A DNA stretch of 64,000 nt, taken from assembly GCF_018350175.1 (NCBI RefSeq), contig NC_058368.1:197780001-197844000 (forward strand), in the 5' to 3' direction. This DNA comes from Felis catus (Eukaryota). Both the position numbers and the translations under genes were made by a program. The notes under the pieces are model-generated. The model was given only the letters and a program-made list of their open reading frames with translations, was not told the DNA's origin and made no database searches. Of this stretch, positions 1 to 11,766 are shown piece by piece (position 1 is the first letter of the stretch; each line of letters starts with the position of its first letter).

Positions 1-352
1 AGCTGGAGACTGGACAAGCCTCAAGGGTCCAAGACAATTTATCATACACATTGATGGCACTTTGGTGGGGTCATCTGGAAAGCTGGGCTCAGCTGGGCCC
101 CTGTCCCTGTCCATGTGGTCCCAGCTCTCTATATGTGATCTCATGTTCATACATGTTCGATTTCTTACATGACAGATCATGGCCTTGAGAAACCAAGAGC
201 CCTCTTAAAAATTAGTCTCAAGACCGGCATACAACACTTCTAATGTATTCTCGGTCAGGGCAGTCACAAGGCAGTCACAAGGGAAGGAGCAGACTCCCCA
301 CCTCTGGATGGGAAGCATGTCAAAGAATTTGTGGCCATCTTTAATCCAACAC
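1..352. mobile_element. Old MaLR LTR fragment (MLT1-family)
   Basis: MLT1-like motifs gctgggctcagctggg, cttacatg, gcagtcacaagg, ccacctctggatgggaag...aagaatttgtggccatcttt. Confidence 0.6.
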
Positions 353-1989
353 AACTACAACCTCTTACAAAAGCTGAGATGTAATTAATCCCCCTTTACC
401 CATAAGAAACAGAGACCCAAAGACATCACGTGATTTGTTAAATGTTGGAAAGAATATCCATGAAAGAATTGACGCTAGAACTGATTGTCTTGCTAAAGAC
501 AAAATGCCCCTTGTAACTAATAAATTTATTGATTCTGCAGAGCTCTTTATCCCCCTAGTCCTAAGTCCTGAAGACCATTGGCTTGTGCTTTATAAATTCG
601 GAGTTGGGGGTGGGGGGTGAGGGGACTGTGATGAAAGGTTTGTTTTCCTGATTCCATCTCAATATTTGGGTCTTAGCAGCCAGATGCGACTTCATGTGTT
701 CTCTCCTGCGGTTGGCATTTCTTTCTTTAGTTAATCTTGACTAGGGATCTGGTCTCGCGGACCATCTAGGATGTCACTTTCAATTATTTCAGGTAGGACA
801 GCAGGGCCTGGATTAAGTCCATAAGAAGATACTACACAAGATCTACTTCATTGCTTGCAACCAATAGGGTCTCACTGCTTCCGTTCACCTTTAGGGACCA
901 ACTCATTCACCACGTTATTACTAGGAGAGATGTTGAACCAGGTGACCTCCATTTTATTTGTTAAATAATTTAGAGCCCCTGGTTCCAGAATGTATTTGAA
1001 TCTATTTGAATTCATATGTATAATATATATATTCCCTTTGATCTTGTACTTATATGTAAGTAAAGATAGTAACTACTATTTATGAAGCATCGTGTACCAA
1101 AACCTTTCTGTATTGAACACTATCTCATCATTTCTCACCGTGAGTCAGTGAGGTGGACATAATGATACCCACACTGCAGATGAGTAAACTGGATCCTGGA
1201 GAGGTCACATAACTAATCCTGAGACCACAGAGCTGATAACTGGTTAAGGCAGGAAGACGAGATGCTCAGATAAAGACATAAAGTTGACTGCTAAAATCTC
1301 CTCTAAGTCTGAGAATCTAAGATTCCACGTTATTCTCCTTGCTCCTCTGCTTTCCCTGTGGTGGGATGGCAGGAAGTGAGGAGGAAGAATTTTCCTTAAT
1401 TGTAGGACGGGTGGGGTAGAGATTAGCATGGAGCTTAAAATACATGACTGACTTCTAAGAGTTGTCAAAGTAAATTGTGTCCCCAGAGACACTTAAAAGC
1501 AATTTAATCACACTTTTCCACATGGCTGCATTTGGGGAAGCTGGTGGCTGGTCTACCAAAGGGGATTTTAATGGAGTTTCATGAACAGTAGTTTGAAATG
1601 TTTTGCGTAGACATTTCTTTGCAAATACCCATGCCACATGTTAGTTAATCTTGGCCACCTGGAACCTCACTTGTCACCTGAACATTCATTTAACCACTTT
1701 GTATAAGTTTTTTAGTGAATGAAGAATGGGCCTTGTCCAGTGGAAGTCTAGGGAACAGACCTTGCAGATAAATCCGTTCCTGAGATGAGACCAAACCGCA
1801 TTCCCTCATGAACCCTGTTCACCTGGCAGGGGAACCAACGATCCTTTTTCTTGAATTTGTTGTAATTCAGCTTCTTTAGTAGAGCATGCAGCGGCGTTGA
1901 TTGCAACGGACATTTTCCAGTTCAAAGAACTTTTGGACGTGTTCCAGTTCAAAAAACTTTTGCTAGACTCATCCTAGCATAGCATTCAA

Positions 1990-2184
1990 AAAGGTTCTCA
2001 GGAGTTCCCAAACCACCAGCATCAGTTATCAGTTATTATCAGTTATCAGTTTTCAGTTATTGCCACCCAGGAACAATAACAGAAACGTGAATTCTTGGGC
2101 ACCATAACCGGATCTTCCAGGAACCTGTATTTCAGCAACCCCTCCAGGTGACTCCCTTGTATGCTACAGTTTGAGAACCACTGC
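1990..2184. mobile_element. MER5A-like hAT-Charlie MITE with internal (ATCAGTT)n expansion
   Basis: ggttctca...accagcatcag...ctgtattt...ccctccaggtga...gtttgagaaccactgc terminus; ATCAGTT repeats at ~2030-2060. Confidence 0.65.
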
Positions 2185-2226
2185 CCCTGAGCTGGCCTTT
2201 TTGGACAGATTTTGTTCTATTTTCTT

Positions 2227-2447
2227 TTAAAAAAATTTTTTTTTCAACGTTTATTTATTTTTGGGACAGAGAGAGACAGAGCATGAACGGGGGAGGGGCA
2301 GAGAGAGAGGGAGACACAGAATCGGAAACAGGCTCCAGGCTCCGAGCCATCAAGCCAGAGCCCGACGCGGGGCTCGAACTCCCGGACCGCAAGATCGTGA
2401 CCTGGCTGAAGTCGGACGCTTAACCGACTGCGCCACCCAGGCGCCCC
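2227..2447 (-). mobile_element. Young felid CAN-SINE (SINEC_Fc-type)
   Basis: Reverse complement of ggggcgcctgggtggcgcagtcggttaagcg...(CT)n...A-tail, with a perfect 14-bp TSD TGTTCTATTTTCTT (2213-2226 / 2448-2461). Confidence 0.95.
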
Positions 2448-3121
2448 TGTTCTATTTTCTTACAAATACTCTATGTCCCAGTTAACTTGTACTCTCTTTA
2501 TGTTTGTATGCCTATGTGGATGCATGGATACGGGTTTATGGATTTATTTTCGATAGATCATCTCTGTCTCCTGGCCTTTGTCCATACTATTTATAGTACA
2601 TGGATTGCACTTTCTTCTCCACCATCCTTACTCAGTCTCTGATGTCCAACTTAAAAGACGCTTGCTGGAGAAAGCCTTCCCATCCCTCTACTAAATATGA
2701 CCTTTACATCCCCAAAACCTGGTCCCACAATGTAAAGTAGAATTTATTTTATTATTGATTCAACCTATTCTGTGAGCATCCACTCTATCTAGCATTGTAC
2801 GAGACATTGGGGATACAGTGGTAAAAAGGGAAACGTCGCTGGAACTTACAAATCAGGTAAGGTAGGCTTTTCTCATCCCCTGTCCTAGATCGTAGCTCTT
2901 TGAGGGGGGCACACGTGTCCTATACTGCTGGGAGTCCCCCAGGCTGTATTAAGTTATGGTGAGCAGGGCGGAAGCAATGTAATTGTCTTTTCTGGTCCAT
3001 ATAGAATGCACTGGAGTATTGTGCTCTCTTTGCGACATCCATAGTTAAGACATAATGGCACACTATGGCATATGCAGAGGACATGAAGCCCTGGCTGTTG
3101 GTGTACATCACCTCCTCTAAA

Positions 3122-3340
3122 CCAGGGTTTCTCAACTCCACCACTATGGATGTTGTAGTTAGATGATTCTTTATTGGGGAGTGGGGGGGGGTTGTCTTGT
3201 CCATTTTAAGACATTCAGCATCTCTGACCTCTACCCACTGAATGCCCAAAGCATGACCATTCCCAGTTGTGACAACAACAGATGTCTCCAGCCATTGCCA
3301 AACATCCCTTGGTGAGTGAGATCAACCTGGGTTGAATACA
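3122..3340. mobile_element. MER20-like hAT-Charlie MITE
   Basis: cagggtttctcaac...ctctacccactg...cccagttgtgacaac...atgtctccag..attgccaaa motifs. Confidence 0.7.
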
Positions 3341-4217
3341 ACTGGGAATATTTTTCCTGCACAAAGTAGGATTTCAGAAGAAGGCGAAAGCTCTTTTCAG
3401 ATGTCTGTAGGACCGCGATGCAGAGAACGAATTAGAGAGAGAAATTTTTAATTGATCGAGAGGGTAAAACTGGAAATTACAGGGAATCAATTTTGGAATA
3501 AACTTCCCTAACTCTAGAGTAGCCTGAAGTTTAGAGAGTAGTTCAGTGGTTTTTGGTGAATTCCCAGTCCCTGATGCATTCAGGATGGCCTGGATACACT
3601 TCATTTTTTTAGAGAGGATTTAGGGATTTCAGGATTCTGCAAGTTGTGAGATCCAGTGTTTTGACTGTTTCCAAAGTGGCTTTTAAAGAATTAGAATAAT
3701 TCCTTGGGGGCTTAGGGAAGGTGGCAGAGTGAAGTGATAGTGGTGAAGTTGACATCCTGTCCCTTGAATCAAATGGCCTGAGCTAGATCCCAGGTCAGCT
3801 CTTACCTTGAACAAATCCTGACACTTCTGTGTGTTTGTGTCCTCGTCTATGAAATGGGTGCCTTTATGGTTCCTGTCCCATGAATAGTTGTGGGGACTAA
3901 ATGAGATAATACTGGTAGAGCCCTTGGTAAGTAGATGAATAGAACCTACTAACTCAGCTGGTGCACTTTGATCTCCAAAGAACTTGCAAATTTAGCTACT
4001 TCTGCCTGGTGGTATTTATATGTGTGTTTGGGGGGCAGTTCACAATAGGATACATATTTTTGTGATTTTGCAGAGTAATATAATCCAAATATAGGAATTA
4101 AACAGTAACCATGACAGGTGACAATCAACTTATCAGATTCCTGTCTAGTCCCTGATTTGTTGACAGAGGTTAGAATTTTTAAGGAAGCTCCATTAGTCAA
4201 ATAACACTCAAACTCAG

Positions 4218-4478
4218 TTTTTTAANNNNNNNNNNNNNNNNNNNNNNNNNNNNNNNNNNNNNNNNNNNNNNNNNNNNNNNNNNNNNNNNNNNNNNNNNNN
4301 NNNNNNNNNNNNNNNNNNNNNNNNNNNNNNNNNNNNNNNNNNNNNNNNNNNNNNNNNNNNNNNNNNNNNNNNNNAGTGTGGAGTCCGACTTGGGGCTCGA
4401 AACTGCGAACTGTGAGATCGTGACCTGAGCCGAAATCAAGACTCAGACGCTGAACTGACTGAGCCACCCAGGCGCCCC
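4218..4478 (-). mobile_element. CAN-SINE (partly N-masked)
   Basis: gtgacctgagccgaaatcaagactcagacgc...gagccacccaggcgcccc with aaactca-flanked TSD-like ends. Confidence 0.88.
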
Positions 4479-5360
4479 CAAACTCAATTTTTATTTTAAT
4501 CATTTTATTCAGGGATGTTTGTTTTCACCTACCTAATTTAGACTCTTGAATGCAGACTTGGAAAGGATTTTTATTTTTCTTGATTCGTTGCTAGAAAGCA
4601 AAGATTAGAAAGTTATTGGGAAAGATAGAAGGATATGTGGTGGCTTATTCAGGGAAGCTGCCTCAACAGGGCCAAAGCTTTGGTAAGAATCTTGAACCCA
4701 TCAGTCAAGTGGGTGCTGTCATCTGAGCTCCAGATACAAATCTCATGTTCTTTACACCACATGCTACTTAAAAAATCAAAGTATGTCTATGGTAAGGTAG
4801 CGTCAGGCTAAAAATGATGTAGAGGGAAAGATTCAAGTCAAACACATGCCTAGACACAATGTTCGTTCTTATTCATCCTGATCTATCACTTGCAACTTGG
4901 CCAGTGCAATCTAAGTAAAATTAAAATTTTTTTTTTCCTTTTACTCATCACTGATTTTTAAAGTAGGAGATAAAGGATTTTTTCTCAGGCTCACCCAACC
5001 ACCCCACATCATGCCAGAGTCAATTTCTACAACAGTCTGTGCGTCTTTCACATCGATGTATCCCACCTGAGCCCCTATGGAATGGGCTGTCCAAGCAACT
5101 TTCTTTCAGGAATTCACTGGCCAGGGCACTGAATATATCGATCAAATGTATAAAAGATTGGTAAAATGTGCACGACATTCACAGTATCCCTCTTGAAGTT
5201 GAATTTCAAAGGGAAATCTGTCACCACTATTGACTCCTCTGTGGCAGGACCTTCTAGTAACCTGGGGTAACGCAAATTAAAGTGAGGACATTGGGCAGCA
5301 GACCATGGACATGGACACCGGACAGCAGACCATTTCATTTTTTAAAAATTAAATCTAATC

Positions 5361-5565
5361 GGGGCATATGGATGGCTCAGTTGGTTAAGTATCCAACTCT
5401 CGACTTCGGCTCAGGTCATGATCTCGTGGTTCATGAGTTCGAGCCCCACATCAGGTGCTGCACTAACATCGGGGAACCTGCTTGTGATTTTCTGTCTCCT
5501 CTCCTTCTGCCCCTCCCCCACCCATTCTCTGTCCACCCCCCCCAAGATAAACTTAAAAAAATAAA
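5361..5565 (+). mobile_element. CAN-SINE
   Basis: ggggcatatggatggctcagttggttaag...ggctcaggtcatgatctc...A-tail; TSD aaaattaaatctaat. Confidence 0.9.
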
Positions 5566-5584
5566 ATTAAATCTAATTAACTAT

Positions 5585-5840
5585 TTTTAGTGAAGTATAA
5601 TTGACATACAATATTATATAGCTTTCAGATGTACAACATAGTGATATGACACTTACATAGATTATGAAATGACCACCACAGTAAGCCTAGTTACCACTGG
5701 TCACCATATATGGTTATTAAAATACTACTGACCATATTCCCTCAGCTGTACTTAACATCACCATGACTTATTTATTTTATAATTGGAAGTTGGTACCCCT
5801 TAATCTTCTATACCTATTTTGCCCATCCTCCCACCCACAT
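5585..5840 (-). mobile_element. Old L1 3' end fragment
   Basis: tgaagtataattgacatacaat...gtacaacatagtga...ttatttattttataattggaagt typical of an antisense L1MA/L1_Carn 3' UTR. Confidence 0.7.
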
Positions 5841-6451
5841 CAAACATGAGGAGATCTTCTTATGCACAGGATATTTATCATACCATGGGAATCAGACAAT
5901 CATCTTGGCCAAGCAAGACTTAGAAAGAGAGACTTCCACTAAAGTGTTCTGGGCACCAATATAACTATATATTATGAAGTCCTCTTCTGTAAATTCTACT
6001 GTCTTCCCCACATGACCCTCTGAATATCTGTGTCCACATATGGAAACTTAAAGACTCTTCTCAGGTGAGATATCCTGCTTCCTCAAACTTACCTTTTGGC
6101 CCACAGGGTATTTAATTTTGGCTTGTCTTTTTGAATTTTGGGATTTCTGTGATCTGGAGATCCAATCGAAATTCATGAAATGTTGCCTTTATTCAACATC
6201 TATTCCAAACCTCAAGAATCATAAATTATACAGTAAAGATAGGGCAATATCTGTTCTACACTTAGCCCTCGATTGCCTTCTTTGATATGGTAGATGAAGG
6301 GATGTTATAACTTTGAGCTATGATATGGAAGTGTATTGAATGAAACAAGACATTCTTACTTAAAGTATCTATGGAGGACATGTCTAACATTCGAAACCAT
6401 TTTTACTGATGCAGGAAACTTTGGTGGCAAGAGACTAACTTTAGCCAACTT

Positions 6452-6853
6452 TATTAGTTTGTTAGAGCTGTCATAACAAGTACCATAAACTGGGTTCTTA
6501 GAACAAGAAATGTATCGTCTCATGGTTCTAGAGGCTAGAAGTCTGAAACCAAGATGTCAACAGGGCCACGCTACCTCTGAAACCTAGAGGGGAAGGATTT
6601 TTCCTTGGCCCTTCTTAGCTTCAGACCATTCCAATCTGCTGTCTCTGAGCATATCTGAATCTGTGTCCAAATTTCCCTTTTTATAAGGACATTAGCCATA
6701 TTGGATCAGGGCCCACACTAATGGCCTCATTTTAATCTTATGACCTCTGTGAAGATTCGATTTCCAAATAAGGTCCTATCCCAAGGTACTGAGGGTTAGG
6801 ACTTCAACATACTTTTTTAGGAAAGGAAGAGGGGACAAACTCAATCCATAACA
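6452..6853 (-). mobile_element. MaLR solo LTR (MLT1-family)
   Basis: tattagtttg..gctgtcataacaagtacca...gttctagaggctagaagtctgaaaccaagatgtc...tttccaaataaggtc...gggttaggacttcaacata...caatccataaca. Confidence 0.8.
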
Positions 6854-7282
6854 CTAGCTTAAGCAAAGGAAAAAAAAAAGGGGGAGTTTATTGGAAAGAT
6901 ACGTGGTAGCTTATCTAATCAAAGGAGGAGCTAAAGAAAGAGGACCGAAAGGCAAGATCATGGCTGCCCAACAATCCAAGGAGTAAGAGTTACTCCCAGC
7001 CCCACCAGGAGGCTGCTGTAGTATAGAGAGACCTTCGCTACTTCCCCGTCTCTGCATTACTCCACGTGGCATTCAGAGTCCCAGGAAAAAGTCTGACTGG
7101 GTCACTCCCTGGCCAGAAAAGTCGGGAGCACCATCATTTGCTCTCCCAACAACGGGAAAGTGACAGAGAAGAGGTAATTCCCAATGGCTTTGGGATGTTA
7201 TTATCAAAAGAAAGGAGGAAGGATGCTAAATGGATAAAACACCAAATGTCTAGACTCTCCCGTGCATGAGGAAAGGAGCAGA

Positions 7283-7330
<48 letters not shown>

Positions 7331-7590
7331 GGGGCGCCTGGGTGGCTCAGTCAGTTAAGCATCTGACTCTTGATCTCAGTTCAGGTCATGATCTCACAGT
7401 TTGTGAGTTTGAGCCCCACGTCAGGCTCCCTGCTGACGGTGCAGNNNNNNNNNNNNNNNNNNNNNNNNNNNNNNNNNNNNNNNNNNNNNNNNNNNNNNNN
7501 NNNNNNNNNNNNNNNNNNNNNNNNNNNNNNNNNNNNNNNNNNNNNNNNNNNNNNNNNNNNNNNNNNNNNNNNNNNNNNTTTAAAAAAATA
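7331..7590 (+). mobile_element. CAN-SINE (partly N-masked), preceded by a 39-nt A-run
   Basis: ggggcgcctgggtggctcagtcagttaagc...tcaggtcatgatctc; A-run at 7289-7327. Confidence 0.88.
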
Positions 7591-9213
7591 TTTTCGTATA
7601 CCCCAAATTCATGATTAATTCTATGTTAATAATAAATCTGTATGATTGTTAATACCGCCATTCAGAAAAACCTGTCATTCTGATAACGATTGGCCTTTCT
7701 CATAAGTCAAGATCATGGGGGGAATTCTAACCAATCATGATTCTTTCCACCGCTGAGCTATCTTTAGCCAGATTTTGTCACCGTGTTAGTTTTATAGATA
7801 GAGACAATGAGTTCCCAGGGGAGCCTTTCTCCCATTCTTTGGTCTGTCGTTTCTTGCACTCTGGTGCAGGTCAGGACACCCACTGTGTTACTGGCCACAG
7901 GAAGCTTGCTGGCACAGTGTGGTCAGCTGCTCCCTGACGCCTTGGAGGGAAAGGTGTAATTCTGCCCTCTCAGTTCCTGAGGCCCCCACGTCTCATGTTC
8001 CAACACAGGACCAGCTCGCTTTCTTATGCCACCCTCTTTCCCAACTCGTCCTACCACCACCTCTTCAAAGAATGTAGCCATTGTTAGATTAGTTAGGCTT
8101 TGAATTAAGAAAAGAAGAGGTGGGAAAAATTAAAGCAAATTGCATAAAATGAGGGGTAGAAGGGGGTGTCTCATCCTTAAATGGTATCAAATCTTAAAGA
8201 ACAGACCTAGCCCCCAGGCTTTCTGTTTGCGCTTATTCTGTGACTCTTCCAAAGACAAATAGCCGATAGACCTACTGGGGTATTGTGCCTCTTGTCAAAT
8301 GCCCACAGTTGCCTGGGTGTGGAAGTGGTGATTTCCAAGACTGGAATAGCACGCAAGAAGCAGTCTGGGAGTTAGAGCCCAGATCACTGAGTAGAGTAGG
8401 TTGCATCTCTGTCTGGAGGAAAGAAGGAGGCTAGCACATTGGCAGAACGTGGACTCAAAAAGCCATGAGCAGTGAGTTCCATGAAGAAGAGCAGACCCGG
8501 GTAAATAGGGGTGACGTGGTGTCCACCAGTAGGCAGGAAATGATGGAGTAGGGAAAATTCGAACTTTTACCTTCTGGGCATCAGAGAAACACTTAAATGG
8601 GCTGGTCCAGAGGTAATGCACGTCAGTTGTGTTTCCAACTCCTTGACCAGACCAATCACTTGGCCTCATCCAACCACAAGGAAGCCAGGAAGCTCATGTG
8701 CCCAGAAGGGCTGGACGTTTTTAGCAAACAGCAGTTATGACTTCCATTTGTCATATGGAAGGAGGCAAATAGTCAACAGACTGTGATGCAGGAGATGCTT
8801 GGAATTTGCATTTTAAATGGGCCTCCTCAGGTGCGTCTGATGTAGGGGAGGAGTGGAATCTCTGGAACACTGACTTAGAATTTCACTGCAAGATAGCCAG
8901 GTAATTCAGAGTATGGGGACAAATCTGAGATACAGTTCTTAGAGCTCAGATGTAGGGCCAAGCCTGGGAGACATCACCTTGTTATCGAAGAGGCTGCAGT
9001 TGCCTTGGGCACTACGGTCCAGAGGGCTGGACAGAATCTTCTGAAATGCCCAGGCACGAAGGTAAGTTTCGGAAGCACGCCTGAGACAGAGCAGACCGTC
9101 AGGTGAGGGAGTGTCAGGCTTTTCGTATACGGGGAGAGGAAGAGGGATGTGGGGCCAACTCCAGACAGTGACTCTCAGATGTGATCTGAAGATGTTTACA
9201 TTGTTGTTCGCAG

Positions 9214-9517
9214 AAACTCATGGGGCGACACCACATTTCATTGTGTAATTGCCTTTTTCTGTTCTCTGTTCTTTTCTCATTGCATCTTCCCTTTCGCTCC
9301 TACCCACTCTTCCTCTTTTCTCCCATTATTTTCTCTTTTCTTTCTTCTCTTATGCTCTACTTGCCCCTCTAATTTCCCACTTGCCCGATGTTTCGTCTTC
9401 TTATCCCCCCTCTCCTCTCTGCTCCTTCTCTCCTCTTCGTTCTCTTCAATTATTCTTCCCTCCTTTTCCCTCTCGTTCTTCCTTTCCCGTGGCACCCACA
9501 CCTTCTATTCTCTCTCC
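9214..9517 (+). promoter_or_regulatory. AG-exclusion zone / extended polypyrimidine tract upstream of the 154-nt exon
   Basis: No AG dinucleotide from 9214 to 9517 (last AG at 9212-9213). C/T-rich from ~9250. Confidence 0.85.
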
Positions 9518-9519
9518 AG

Positions 9520-9673
9520 GTATTATGCCATCTNNNNNNNNNNNNNNNNNNNNNNNNNNNNNNNNNNNNNNNNNNNNNNNNNNNNNNNNNNNNNNNNNNN
9601 NNNNNNNNNNNNNNNNNNNNNNNNNNNNNNNNNNNNNNNNNNNNNNNNNNNNNNNNNNNNNNNNNTTGATCTG
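9520..9673 (+). CDS. HTR4: HTR4 constitutive coding exon (end of TM3 DRY motif through TM4 to start of ECL2; human c.354-507 equivalent), interior masked by Ns
   Basis: Long pyrimidine tract ending ...tctccag|G TAT TAT GCC ATC T (R-Y-Y-A-I-C), N-run 9534-9665, then TT GAT CTG|gtgagt (I-D-L plus consensus donor). The 154-nt span equals the recalled human exon length, and its end phase fits both the h exon and the common exon. Confidence 0.93.
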
Positions 9674-9787
9674 GTGAGTACCTATGCAGAGAGTGCCTGC
9701 TGTTTTAATCTCTGATTTACTTTATTTGCCTGAGATTCTAAATAAATAAACAATATCAGGTTGGGTGGATATTCTAGGAAAGATTCT

Positions 9788-10014
9788 TTTTTTTATATAT
9801 GTACATGTTTATTGATTTGGGGGAGGGAGAGAGAGGGAGAGCACATGCACGCACGCATGTATTGGGGAGGGGCAGAGAGAGAGAGAATCTCAAGCAGGCT
9901 CTGCACTGTCCGCATAGAACCTGATGCCAGGCTCAGTCACACAAATCATGAGATCGTGACCTGAGCCGAAACCAAGAGTCGGACGCTCAACCGACTGAGC
10001 CACCCAGGTGCCCC
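9788..10014 (-). mobile_element. CAN-SINE
   Basis: gagaatctcaagcaggctctgcactgtc...gtgacctgagccgaaaccaagagtcggacgc...cacccaggtgcccc; TSD gaaagattct. Confidence 0.9.
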
Positions 10015-10807
10015 AGAAAGATTCTGATAGTGATCTAAGTGACGACAGCAACAACAAAAAAAGGCAAGCTAACATTTTCGAATATTTGTTGGATGCCAGA
10101 AAATACGCTCAGACTTTAACATAGCATCCTAATAACATCCTTCCGTCATCTCATCCAGATGAGGAATATCAGGCTCAAAAAGGTAAAGTAACATGCTGGT
10201 CAAATAGCACAACAGGTACTCAAAGCTTGGTGTTCAGACCAGAGAGCCTGAGACATGTGATGTGCCCCAAGGGGCCTTCGTCCCATTTCATGGCTGCCAG
10301 TGACCAGCAGAAAACATGTCATATGGGTAGAGGCTTCCAGAGAATGAAGAGAAGCCTGGGTCAGGAGTCGAGAGAACTGGACCCTGAGTCCAGCTCTGTC
10401 CCTGACCTTGAAGGACTGCAGTGAGAAGGTGCATTGGTCTTCAGTGGGGAAGTGTCTCCCAGAGAGTAGGAGAGCAGAGTGTGGCACACGAGCCAGGCAT
10501 TTGCCAGCCCCTGTCCGGATGATCTTCCAGAGATTTCCAGCTCTGACCCAGTATGCTCCTAGTGCCAAACTCGCAATGAGGATCAAAAGTTATGGTGCGT
10601 GTTCACTAGCAGCGATATATGTTCCCTAAGGAAGTTGTCAGGCGGTCGCTCTAACCTTCGGTCCAGGGCCGTGTTGAGGTAGGAAGGGGACTGGAGAGGA
10701 AAGATCGAGAGCAAGCTCCAGCCCCACAAGACCAGTTAGAGTAGAAGCTGCTTGTTCTTCTCTCCACCACGTCCCTAGCCCCTAATCTTGCCTTGTTCTT
10801 TGTCCAG

Positions 10808-10849
10808 GAAAGGATATCCAAGCCAAGGCTGGGCCAGGATTTGCATGTG
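10808..10849 (+). CDS. HTR4: HTR4 'h' cassette exon, 14-aa in-frame insert in extracellular loop 2 (ERISKPRLGQDLHV)
   Basis: Branch-like CCTAAT (10781-10786), pyrimidine tract and ccag acceptor, 42 nt, then gtatgt donor. Translation resembles the recalled human h insert ERSLNQGLGQDFHA and it lies between the ...IDL and IEKRK... exons. Confidence 0.88.
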
Positions 10850-11609
10850 GTATGTCAGAACAAGAGTTCCTTGGGCTTCTGAAAGAAATGCTGGGGACAA
10901 AGGAGTGGAGAAGTTAAAGGGGATTCATACAAGGGAGACTGTATGGATATTTTCTTGAATCCTATCCTTCTTCTCTCAAACTTTCAGCCTTGCCAATCTC
11001 AAGGGAAATGAAATTCAAGTTTCCAATAACCAGTAGAGTAGCAACACGGCCAACAAATGTTGAGCGCTTACTGTTTGCCGAGCCCCATGTTCACTTAATT
11101 GTTATTACTGTGAACCTCTTGCAAGCCTCACAACAGTGCTGTTAAGTCGATCCTATCATTGTCCTCAGGAAACTGAGCATCAGAGAGGTGCAGTTATTAG
11201 CTAACGTCAGATTGGCAGGGAGTAGTGGTGACTCTAGCTAAGTTCAAGCTTCCTGCCCTCCAGGGTCTGTGCTCTTGATCTCTGTGCTAAACTTCCTCCC
11301 TAATGGAGAAGACCTTCGGAAGCATAAAGTTTTGTGAATCAGAACTTTTAAAAAAGGGTGCTGCACTCTTACCTCCGGATATAGAATTTCTAAGGGAAAG
11401 AATCTAGAGAACCGCTGTTCATTTCAAGAGTGAGGGGGGGGCATCCCCCATTTACCTCCCGCAGCTGGGGAATGGGGGCACCTGCTTGCTATGAACATGC
11501 CTCGTATTCGCTCCATGGTGCCGTGATTGCATTTCATATCTTTCCACTCATCTGCACATTGAATTGGCCTAGGGAGACGCTAACACAACCCGCATGTTCG
11601 CAGTACAGG

Positions 11610-11766
11610 TACAGTTGATTCTCATCATTCACAGTAATTAGGTTCTATAAAGTTGCCACAAATACTAAATTAGCAAATACTGAATAGCTTTGCCCCTAGG
11701 AGGAATACAGAGTTAGGTTCCTGCAAGTTCTGGTCCGAATATTTTCATCACCCAATCAATACATAA
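11610..11766. mobile_element. Tigger-like (TcMar) DNA transposon end
   Basis: ta|cagttgattctcatcattcacagta...gttctataaagttgccac..atactaaattagcaaatactgaa: a TA-flanked Tigger-type terminus. Subfamily not determined. Confidence 0.55.

Noticed and set aside
2261-2485. Recurrent ORFs of the type MGQRETEHERGRGRERG... or MAQSVKRPT...
   Set aside because: They are translations of CAN-SINE copies, not genes.
9249-9519. Low-complexity ORFs on both strands (FSLP-rich and ERK-rich)
   Set aside because: These are by-products of the CT-rich splice tract.
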